A stretch of DNA of 64,000 nt. Source: Sulfurospirillum sp. (lineage in GTDB: Bacteria; Campylobacterota; Campylobacteria; Campylobacterales; Sulfurospirillaceae). Shown in pieces: positions 1-7,720 of the stretch. The notes below the pieces were generated by a model. It was given only the letters and a program-made list of their open reading frames with translations, was not told the origin of the DNA and made no database searches. How positions within the stretch are numbered: position 1 is the stretch's first letter; every line of letters starts with the position of its first letter. The DNA lies in assembly GCA_045047115.1 (NCBI GenBank), contig JASFYR010000009.1:1-64000 (forward strand), given 5' to 3'. The position numbers were made by a program, and so were the translations under genes.

Positions 1-2
1 AC

Positions 3-102
3 GAACAACAAACAACAGGAGCCACACATTAAGTTTATTTCCAGAAAACCCTACGGGATTTCCTGAAACTAAACTGAATGGTGCTCAGCGCACCCGTTAT
101 AT
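3..102 (+). mobile_element. attC-like integron recombination site (may extend left of the window)
   Basis: Imperfect stem GAGCCACACATTAAGTTT...AAACTGAATGGTGCTC ending in core GTTATAT (96-102) just before an RBS and ATG; near-identical to 1169-1253. Confidence 0.8.
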
Positions 103-117
103 CAAAGGAGAAACAAA

Positions 118-477
118 ATGAAAGCAGTAAACCTTTTAGAAAAATTTGATTTAATTGATGAGTACTGGTCGCCAAGATTGCTGGGTGAGCTAAATAATCA
201 AGCAGTTAAAATAGCAAAATTAAAAGGTGAATTTATATGGCATCATCATGAAGATGAAGATGAAATGTTTTTTGTTATAGAAGGTTCTATGACAATAAAA
301 TTAAAAGATAAAGATATAATATTAAATAAAAATGAATTTTTTATTATTCCAAGAGGTGTAGAGCATAAACCAGTTTCAGAAGATGAAGTTTTAGTTATGA
401 TGTTTGAACCAATAGGTACAATCAATACTGGAAATGTAGAATCAAATATAACAATCAAAGAAATTGAAAAATTATAA
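118..477 (+). CDS. cupin domain protein (integron cassette gene)
   Basis: Cupin motifs FIWHHHEDEDEMFFVIEG and PRGVEHKP; RBS AAGGAG right after the attC core. Confidence 0.9.
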   Translation: MKAVNLLEKFDLIDEYWSPRLLGELNNQAVKIAKLKGEFIWHHHEDEDEMFFVIEGSMTIKLKDKDIILNKNEFFIIPRGVEHKPVSEDEVLVMMFEPIGTINTGNVESNITIKEIEKL

Positions 478-483
478 AAATAT

Positions 484-515
484 TTGAAATTTCATATTAT
501 TTTGATAAAATATCA
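484..515 (+). promoter_or_regulatory. sigma70 promoter and possible operator of the cassette TA pair
   Basis: TTGAAA-N16-TAAAAT, overlapped by the palindrome TGATA-AAA-TATCA. Confidence 0.5.
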
Positions 516-532
516 TGTAGATAGATAAAAGG

Positions 533-775
533 ATGCACATGTTAGCCTTAAAACAAGAAAAGCTTTTTGAAGAGATAGATATATTGCCTATAGATTTAAA
601 AACTAAGATAGTTGATAAAATTTTAACAAGTATTACACCGTTGGATAGTTCTATCGATGCATTATGGATAAAAGAAGTTAAAAAAAGGAAAAACGATATT
701 GAAAAAGGAAAAATATCTCTTGTGGATGGAGATGAAGTTTTTCAAAAAATATCACAAAGATTTTATAATAGATGA
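533..775 (+). CDS. addiction module antitoxin component
   Basis: IDALWIKEVKKR...G..SLVDGDEVF pattern; overlaps the toxin start (ATGA); true start may be ATG 539. Confidence 0.8.
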   Translation: MHMLALKQEKLFEEIDILPIDLKTKIVDKILTSITPLDSSIDALWIKEVKKRKNDIEKGKISLVDGDEVFQKISQRFYNR

Positions 776-1065
776 ACTATCTATTTCATCCTGAAGCAGA
801 AAAGGAATTTAATGCTACTATAGATTATTATGAAGAATGTAAAACTGGCTTGGGGTTGGAATTTGCAAATGAAGTTTACAGAACTATCCAGAGAATTTTA
901 AAATTTCCTACTGCTTGGCAAAAGTTTGATAATGAAATAAGAAGATGCTTAATAAATCGTTTTCCCTTTGGAATTATCTACTATCAAAAGGATAACGAAA
1001 TTATCATACTTGCAGTTATGCAACTTAAAAGAAAACCTAACTATTGGAAAGACAGAAATATATAA
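772..1065 (+). CDS. RelE/ParE family toxin
   Basis: FHPEAEKEF...YYE...GLGLEF...RRCLINRFPFGIIY...IIILAVM..KRKPNYW. Confidence 0.88.
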   Translation: MNYLFHPEAEKEFNATIDYYEECKTGLGLEFANEVYRTIQRILKFPTAWQKFDNEIRRCLINRFPFGIIYYQKDNEIIILAVMQLKRKPNYWKDRNI

Positions 1066-1253
1066 CAAATCATTGGAGAGAAATATTTGACCCTGTCGGC
1101 TCAAATATTTCTCAACTTGCCACCTGTCCTTTGCTGGTCTCCGCTTCGCTTCGCCCATCAAATGCCAAGAGCCACACATTAAGTTTAATCCAGGAAAAAC
1201 CTAACGGTATTTTCTTAAATTAAACTTAATGGTGCTCAGCGCGACCGTTATGT
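1060..1253 (+). mobile_element. long composite attC-like site
   Basis: Inverse core ATATAAC (1060-1066) overlaps the toxin stop and is exactly complementary to GTTATAT at the cassette start; hairpins at 1078-1113 and 1169-1237; core GTTATGT at 1247-1253. Confidence 0.8.
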
Positions 1254-1308
1254 ACTTTTATAACATTCAATAAAGGAATTAAAAATATGGACAATATTTT
1301 AGAACTAA

Positions 1309-1333
1309 TATAATGCCCCTAAAAATCAAGACA
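1309..1333 (+). mobile_element. possible IS3-family terminal repeat remnant truncating the next cassette ORF
   Basis: TATAATGCCCCTAAAAATCAAGACA resembles IS3-type ends and interrupts an RBS+ATG (1287) ORF after 8 codons. Confidence 0.35.
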
Positions 1334-1355
1334 GCATCTACTTTTACAGTCCCCT

Positions 1356-1455
1356 CAGCTTAATATTCATTTTAAAGAAAGGCTCAAAGATGCTTTAGGA
1401 TTATGACATAATTTTAGGAGAGATTAGGTGTTGACACAGAATTTATTACACCCCC
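1356..1455 (+). mobile_element. IS256-family remnant (transposase C-terminus and right end)
   Basis: QLNIHFKERLKDALGL* followed by TTGACACAGAATTTATTACACCCC. Confidence 0.6.
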
Positions 1456-1473
1456 AAGTAGTCTTCTGAAATT

Positions 1474-1752
1474 TTAAGTAAACATGATAAGTGCATTTTC
1501 TCCCAAGACTTTCTTTTTTGTTCTAACTAAAAAGTGATCCCAGACTAGTGTTCTTTTTATAGTTCCAAATGGATGTTTTACAATAGAACTTCTTAATTTT
1601 ACTATTTTTTTTGCTTGTGGTGTTGCCATCTTTTTATTGTAGTTGTCTATAATGTTTTCATGCTCCCACCTGTATACTTGTTTATTAGGTGTTTTATCTG
1701 ATAAACAGTTTTGTTTTAGTGGACATACTTTTATATACTGGTACTTTATCAC
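1474..1752 (-). pseudogene. IS1182-family transposase fragment
   Basis: CPLKQNC...RSSIVKHPFGTIKRTL.WDHFLVR...V.GENALIMFT; both ends missing. Confidence 0.8.
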
Positions 1753-1998
1753 TCTTGAGAGCTTTTTTAACTGTATTTCTACTTATACCTAAAAGCTCTG
1801 CTATTTTTCTTGTTCCTAGCTTTGGATTTTTAGCTTTGATATTTCCTGTCAAGTGACATGCTAATACTTACCTAATCTTCCATTTTTAACACTCCTGTAT
1901 CCTTCTATTGTTTTTTACAACAAAAGTATAGTTTATTTACTACACAGGTGGGTCAAAAGTTTTCAAAAAAGTGGGTCAATTTTCAGTCAAAAAAAACA
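1753..1998 (-). mobile_element. IS21-family left end with broken istA N-terminus
   Basis: Minus strand begins TGTTTTTTTTGACTGAAAATTGACCCAC with repeated TTGACCCAC; then an IstA-like HTH GTRKIAELLGISRNTVKKAL preceded by an in-frame stop and a small insertion. Confidence 0.7.
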
Positions 1999-1999
1999 C

Positions 2000-3370
2000 A
2001 AAATAAACTCAAATATAAAAGATTATGAAAATATAGATATAGATGACAATGAAAGGAAAAAACTCTTTAAAGATTTTGCAAATGCAAAAAGTGCCATCAC
2101 TAAAAAAATCCCTATTGAAATACTAGAACTTGAACTTAAAAACTCAAATGATGAAAAAGAGATTTTAAAAAATGTTGTCTATAAACATAAAATAAAAACT
2201 ATAAAAGCCAAAGATAAAAGAACCCTAAAAACATTACAAAGATATATTGATTTAAAAACCAAATATGAAGAGCAAAAGCAACATAAAAAATATAATAATC
2301 AAGTATTGCTAAAAGAGGTTTTATTTAAAATACCAGAAAATCAAAGACTAAATCTTAGCAATGAGCAGTGGCAAATTGTGATAGACAATTTCAAACAAAA
2401 ATACTTCAAAGAATATGAAATGTTTTTTAGCACCATTCATAATGATGAAGGCAATAGCAAAGAGATAAAAGGTCATGTTCATATGTTTCTTTCAGGCTTT
2501 AATTCAAACAAAAATGACTTTGATATAAAAAGAAATATCTTTGATAAAATCTCCAAAGAGCACAACTTAGATTTAGATTTTAATGACAAAGAGAATCATA
2601 AAACAATTATGAACTTATTTCAGCAAGATTTTTATGATTTTTTCAATGATAACCTATCAAAAATGGGTGTAGAACAGCAAATAGCACTAAATGAGTATAA
2701 AAGCATTGATGAACTGAATAAGAGGCTAGAAATCAAAAAAAGTGATCTACTTACAATTGATGAAAAACATCAAAAGTTAGCAAATCAAATCATAGAAGAA
2801 AAGTTTTTAGAGCTAGATACAAAAAATGAATATATGAATTTAGAGTTTGAAGTATCTGAAAATATATTAAGTGATAGTTTAAAAATCAAAACCAATCTTG
2901 CATATGATAGTAGCAATGATAATGCAAGAATTGAGATTTTTAGCAATATGTTAAAGGTTAGTCAGTATTTTAGTAAATATGTCAAAAAACTAAATGAAAA
3001 GATAGATAAATTAAAAGATTTACTACTTGCTAAAACAAAAGAGATTATGAATCTAAAATCTGTTATCAAGCAAAAGGACAAGGAAAAAGAAACAGAGTTT
3101 AAAGAACTAGAAAATAACCTAAAAATCAAATATGAGAACCAAATGAAAAAAGATATTCAAGGTATCATTGGAACTCACAATATAAATATGTTTAAAAAAG
3201 ATAAAGAGATAGAAGCGCTTTCAAAAAAGAATGATTTACTGTTTAATATGAAACTGAGATATAAAAAGTTTGAAAGAGTGTTTAATGTTGATATTAGACA
3301 AAAGATAAGAGATTATGAAAAAAGCAAAAAGAGCAAGAAAAAAGATTTATCTTGTGAAATTTGTATTTAA
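2000..3370 (+). pseudogene. HUH relaxase / mobilization protein (MobV-like), N-terminally truncated
   Basis: Motif IHNDE...GHVHMF plus a coiled-coil C-terminus; the frame is open back to the IS21 end at about 2000 with no native start. Confidence 0.6.
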
Positions 3371-3535
3371 AAATGGCTTATAAAAAATACTTTTTATATA
3401 AATAAAATAGAAAATGATATAATTGTAATGAAAATTTTATAAGGTCAAAGAGTTTTGCTAAAAAATGAACTTTTGTTCACTTAATATAATATATTCAGAC
3501 ACAATAAAAATCTTTAATTATGGAGAAACTTAAAT

Positions 3536-4663
3536 ATGCAAGCAGCTTTAAATGAAGCAAAAGATTTAATGAATCTGAAAAATAAAATATTAGAAAGTGA
3601 TGCACATGAATATAAATTACAAATAGCTTCAGCAAACAGAATTTATAAAATTGTCATATTGTCTTCTGATTATAAAACAATAACTACCCAAGATGAGATA
3701 TGGAATCTAAATAGTGGAGAATTTCAAGAAAACAAAAAAATTTCAGATGGAATATTTTTAGGTGAAAAAATTGTTATAGATGAAAATATAGACTGTTGGG
3801 TTACTTGCTTTGCAAAAATTTCAGATGGGATATATGCAATATCTGCAAAAGGTTTGAATGGATTGTCCATAATTGGTGCTCCAACTGATACATTTTTTGG
3901 ATTAGTAGAAGTAAAAAATGAAAAAATATACAAAATAATAAAAACTTTTGATAGATTTACAGAAGATAGTAGTAGCTCAGATATGGGTTATGATAAAATG
4001 GTAACCGCAATACTTATAACATCTGATAAAAATATTTTCTATACACAAGGAAGATATCTATATTACTTAAACATAAAAAACAGTAGCCTTCATATTTATT
4101 ATACTGCTCCCAAGGATAGATGGATAGAGGCTATAGCAATAACACCTGATGAGAAATATATATATTGTGCATACAAAAATTATATAGACAAGATTGATAT
4201 TTTCAATTATAAAAATGTAGAACCTTTTATAATTGAAAAAGAAGATGAAGAAAATGATATTCTTAGCATTTCAGCTACAAACGATGGAAAAGATATAGTT
4301 GTATCTTTTAAAGATATTATAAAAATATTAGATGGGATTACAGGAAAAGAAAAAATAAATTTAGTGTTTTTTAAAGATAATAAATTGCAATATAACAAAC
4401 AAGATGGATATAACTATTTAATTAATTCTTTTTATTCAAGTAGAAAACCAAGTAATATTAAATATCGAGAGTGGGTTGCATATACAAATGATGGATATTA
4501 CGATTGTTCATCCGCTGCTAAGCAATATGTAGGTTTTTTTAATGGAGATGTTTTGCTAGATAAATCAGACAATATATATGAACAAAAAAAAGTATATAAT
4601 CTTGTGAGCAAGATTTTAAAAAATGATATTGAGGATATTTATGGCAATATACTCAATATATGA
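3536..4663 (+). CDS. WD40/YVTN-like beta-propeller protein
   Basis: Repeats VTAILITSDK, IEAIAITPDEKY, ILSISATNDGKD; C-terminal EWVAYTNDGYYD motif. Confidence 0.65.
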   Translation: MQAALNEAKDLMNLKNKILESDAHEYKLQIASANRIYKIVILSSDYKTITTQDEIWNLNSGEFQENKKISDGIFLGEKIVIDENIDCWVTCFAKISDGIYAISAKGLNGLSIIGAPTDTFFGLVEVKNEKIYKIIKTFDRFTEDSSSSDMGYDKMVTAILITSDKNIFYTQGRYLYYLNIKNSSLHIYYTAPKDRWIEAIAITPDEKYIYCAYKNYIDKIDIFNYKNVEPFIIEKEDEENDILSISATNDGKDIVVSFKDIIKILDGITGKEKINLVFFKDNKLQYNKQDGYNYLINSFYSSRKPSNIKYREWVAYTNDGYYDCSSAAKQYVGFFNGDVLLDKSDNIYEQKKVYNLVSKILKNDIEDIYGNILNI

Positions 4664-5846
4664 CAAAGATAAAGCAATTAATATATTACAAAGGCTAAAG
4701 TCTCTAAAGCTTGCAATATCGCTTTTAGATAATGATGCAATAGATTTTCAAATAAACAAACTTCAAGAATTAGGTTTTAAAGGAATCAAGGATTTCAATA
4801 TATGTGATGATATTTTTAATTGTGAAGAAAAATTGTGTAAAGATATAAATAAATATATAAAAAAAATAAAAAAAGAACTAAAACTGTTTGAGAATGTAAA
4901 AGATGTTTTTGGTACAATGGAAAATGATAGATATGAATTATATGAGCTTATTAGAATAAAAAATGATTGCTTTTCTACAATTTTAAATTTTAATATTCCT
5001 TATAAAATTTTGCTTGGTAAAAAGATAGAAAAAATATTAAATACTGAAGAATTTTTGCCAGAGGATGATACACAATATTCAGAGGTTGAATTACAAGAAT
5101 TATATCAGTCTTTAGAAGATACAAACTCCGAAAAAGAAGAAGTTATAGGTATCATAAATGAAGTGGAAGAATTATCAGAAAATTATGATAATGATGATCC
5201 CATAGAAGACAATGAACCAAATCTTACCTATGAATTAAAAATTAAAAAAGACAAGTTAGAACAAAAAATAGAAAATATAGAATTTGAGATTAAAATGCAT
5301 GAGTATGAATGTTTAGAAAATGAAGAAAATAACAGTATAAATATAGATATTTTAAAGAAAAAAATATTTAACCAAGAATATCAAGAGTTAATAATGAAAA
5401 GTCGTCATCACTCTATAGAAGACATTATAGAACTTGAAACTTCATTTCATTTAGGAAATAATTATTGCCAATATCATTATAAAATATATGGGAAGCAAAA
5501 GCAAGTAAAAAAAGCAACCAAGAACTTAGAAGTTGCCTATAAAAATTTTGATATCATCTCTATAAAAAATATTATAAGAGATATTCAACATAGAGATTTA
5601 TTGAAGCTAAATCATAAAAAAATACTTAATAGAGAAAATCTACTATTTTTTGAGAAAAAATATAAAAAGTTAATTTTCAAACTTAAGGAAGAAATAGATA
5701 TTACTATGTCAAATAAGTTTTATCAAAGCATTATAACTATTAGACATATATATAAAAATGATAAATATTATAAAAGTTTAGAAGAAAAATTAATAGAACA
5801 ATACCCATATACAAAACAAATTGAAGTTGACTACCCTAAAGATTAA
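4623..5846 (+). CDS. acidic coiled-coil hypothetical protein, possibly a degenerate J-domain family member
   Basis: Long ORF overlapping the upstream gene; LQRLKSLKLAISL.D N-terminus; no HPD motif; start uncertain. Confidence 0.5.
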   Translation: MILRIFMAIYSIYDKDKAINILQRLKSLKLAISLLDNDAIDFQINKLQELGFKGIKDFNICDDIFNCEEKLCKDINKYIKKIKKELKLFENVKDVFGTMENDRYELYELIRIKNDCFSTILNFNIPYKILLGKKIEKILNTEEFLPEDDTQYSEVELQELYQSLEDTNSEKEEVIGIINEVEELSENYDNDDPIEDNEPNLTYELKIKKDKLEQKIENIEFEIKMHEYECLENEENNSINIDILKKKIFNQEYQELIMKSRHHSIEDIIELETSFHLGNNYCQYHYKIYGKQKQVKKATKNLEVAYKNFDIISIKNIIRDIQHRDLLKLNHKKILNRENLLFFEKKYKKLIFKLKEEIDITMSNKFYQSIITIRHIYKNDKYYKSLEEKLIEQYPYTKQIEVDYPKD

Positions 5847-6272
5847 ATAAATACACAATAAATATTGATGGGCATATAAAATATACAGGTGATAAACTAA
5901 AAAAATACTTTAATTAGTCATGGCATAATAAATTTACATAAAATCTTAAAATTGGAACTTTTCTAAATAACCCTAATTATTGATTTTTTGCTTTGTTTAG
6001 TAAATTATACTAAAATATAATTTATATGGCTTTGAGGGTCAATTATTGTATAAATTAAGAGTGTTATTTGAGATGAACTTTTCTTCTTTCTGATATTATT
6101 TTTACTCTATCCAATAAAATTTAACTGCTATAATTTTTTGTCAATTTTATCTGATGGACTTGTGATTTTTTTTCTTTTCTTTTTTGTGTATCTTTTTTTT
6201 GGATATCTATTTTTATTAAGATTTAAAAATAAAAAAAAGATGTGATAACTTTGTCAATTATAATTACCAGAA

Positions 6273-6551
6273 TTCCGGGGACAGGATACTTAATTATTTG
6301 TAGTATAAATTATTTATTCACCCAAATATCACTACCAGCTGGGATAGTTGTAATAGTATTTATACCTTTTGCATTACTTATGGCTGTTTGCATTACACTA
6401 TTTGGACTGTATGCACTCCATGAACTTGTAGCATTAGAATATATCCAAATGATTTTTGCATTATTAAATACAGATAAATCTGTGATAGCTAATGGTGTAC
6501 TTGCGAGTGTCCATCCTGTTGGAAAGTTCCGGGGACAGGATACTCAATTAT
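6273..6551. repeat. 25-bp direct repeat TTCCGGGGACAGGATACTYAATTAT, two copies (6273-6297, 6527-6551)
   Basis: 24/25 identical, read directly. Confidence 0.85.
6310..6523 (-). pseudogene. frameshifted C-terminal fragment of a surface/secreted protein
   Basis: PTGWTLASTP...VFNNAKIIWIY...WSAYSPN / ITTIPAGSDIWVNK*, with one frameshift and no start. Confidence 0.5.
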
Positions 6552-6734
6552 CTTTGCTCATTCCCATCATCATCGATTGGAATGACAATAGGGGTCAGTA
6601 ACAAAAAAGATAATGAGGGTCAGAGGTTTACTATTAATCAAATCACCCTCTACACGTGAAGTCCATTATAATCAAGAAAAATGGAGAGAAGTTTGCTTAA
6701 TTATTTTTGCTCATTTCCATCATCCAGATGGGAA
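6543..6734. repeat. two degenerate REP-like hairpin repeats (6543-6585, 6696-6734)
   Basis: 26/29-nt identity between 6543-6571 and 6696-6724; each continues into an ATTYCC...GGAAT hairpin. Confidence 0.6.
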
Positions 6735-6783
6735 TTTTTAGTGTTAGATGATGCTTTATGAATTTTGGCGAGTAATAAAGCAA

Positions 6784-7089
6784 TTATTTATAAATACCAC
6801 CACGATATCCGATATCTTGAATGATAGCTTCGATTATGATTTCATCGTTTATCAACTTTAGCATAATCCGAATATTGGCTTTTCTAATTCTATAAATATC
6901 ACTTATGTTCCCTTGCATCTGCTTATAATCAATATTGGTATCAATATTATATATTTTCTTTTTTATAAATTTGATAACCAATTTATCGCACTGTTCTTCA
7001 GTGAAAATATTTTGATTTTTTGCTAAAAACTTAGTAGCCTTCTTAAGATATGTAAGCTTAATATCTTTTTTCATTTTAAATATCAACAC
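6784..7089 (-). CDS. RelE/ParE-like toxin
   Basis: Basic ~100 aa protein with YRIRKANIRI...IQDIGYRGGIYK, downstream of and overlapping the antitoxin. Confidence 0.75.
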   Translation of the reverse strand: MLIFKMKKDIKLTYLKKATKFLAKNQNIFTEEQCDKLVIKFIKKKIYNIDTNIDYKQMQGNISDIYRIRKANIRIMLKLINDEIIIEAIIQDIGYRGGIYK

Positions 7090-7363
7090 TTATAATTTTT
7101 GAATGGGAAATGGTTTTATCTTCTTTGGTTCTATTTGCTAAGATTTCTTCTATCTCTTTTTGCTCCAAAGTATCATAGGCCCTTTGAAGCAATTCATACT
7201 CTTCTATACCAACTATTACAGCTTCAGGCTTATTTCTTCTTATGATTGCTATTTTATTAAACACATTTGAAGTAACTTTATCCAAGTAGCTCCCTAATGA
7301 TTTACCAAGTTCTGTGATGCCTACCATCTCGTCTTTTGCATAAGTTACCATATTATTCTCCAT
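7076..7363 (-). CDS. Phd/YefM family antitoxin
   Basis: VGITEL.K.LGSYLDKV...IAIIRRNKPEAVIV..EEYE. Confidence 0.85.
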   Translation of the reverse strand: MENNMVTYAKDEMVGITELGKSLGSYLDKVTSNVFNKIAIIRRNKPEAVIVGIEEYELLQRAYDTLEQKEIEEILANRTKEDKTISHSKIISVDI

Positions 7364-7387
7364 ATTTAACTATATATTATTCTATGT

Positions 7388-7415
7388 ATTATAACCAAAT
7401 AATCTTTAAAGTCAA
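7388..7415 (-). promoter_or_regulatory. sigma70 promoter of the TA operon
   Basis: TTGACT-N16-TATAAT on the minus strand. Confidence 0.6.
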
Positions 7416-7535
7416 GATTTACTGGTATTGGGCAATGTGAAAAAATACAAACAGTAAAAATAAGCTAAATTTAAGAAAGTGTGCCTCCAGAGCTGCACCT
7501 TTGTTATCAAGGGCTCTGCGAGGGTATCATTCGTC

Positions 7536-7555
7536 CTTATAAGCCGGAGGTCGGG
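7536..7555 (+). mobile_element. tRNA-Met-like fragment, probable attR of an integrated element
   Basis: CTTATAAGCCGGAGGTCGGG resembles the anticodon loop to variable arm of Campylobacterota tRNA-Met (recalled as CTCATAAGCCGGAGGTCG); lies at the switch from AT-rich island DNA to ordinary coding DNA. Confidence 0.55.
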
Positions 7556-7602
7556 TGTCTATATCTGTTTTTTAGAGATATTTTATGTAGCTAAAATTTA
7601 TT

Positions 7603-7633
7603 TTACAATTTCTTCACAATTCCTTATTATAAT
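7603..7633 (+). promoter_or_regulatory. 11-bp tandem repeat plus -10 box upstream of the beta-barrel gene
   Basis: TTACAATTTCT TCACAATTCCT then TATAAT. Confidence 0.5.
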
Positions 7634-7720
7634 GTATTATTAACAAAAAGATAATTATATAATTAATTTTAAGTTAATATTATTGGTAAAAGTGTTAAAA
7701 TTGATAAAAAAGGAGAAAAA

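Noticed and set aside
949..1179. 76-aa minus-strand ORF
   Set aside because: Antisense to the toxin gene and running through the attC site; no RBS or recognisable motif
1..1253. Repeat pair as a CRISPR array
   Set aside because: Only two long imperfect copies separated by whole genes, with attC core motifs; no cas genes
5850..6240. Possible decayed gene in AT-rich spacer
   Set aside because: No frame with a recognisable motif could be reconstructed
6242..6601. 119-aa plus-strand hydrophobic ORF
   Set aside because: Spans the direct repeats and is the antisense shadow of a more protein-like minus-strand fragment
7500..7570. Intact tRNA gene
   Set aside because: Only about 20 nt match; no D arm, T loop or acceptor stem
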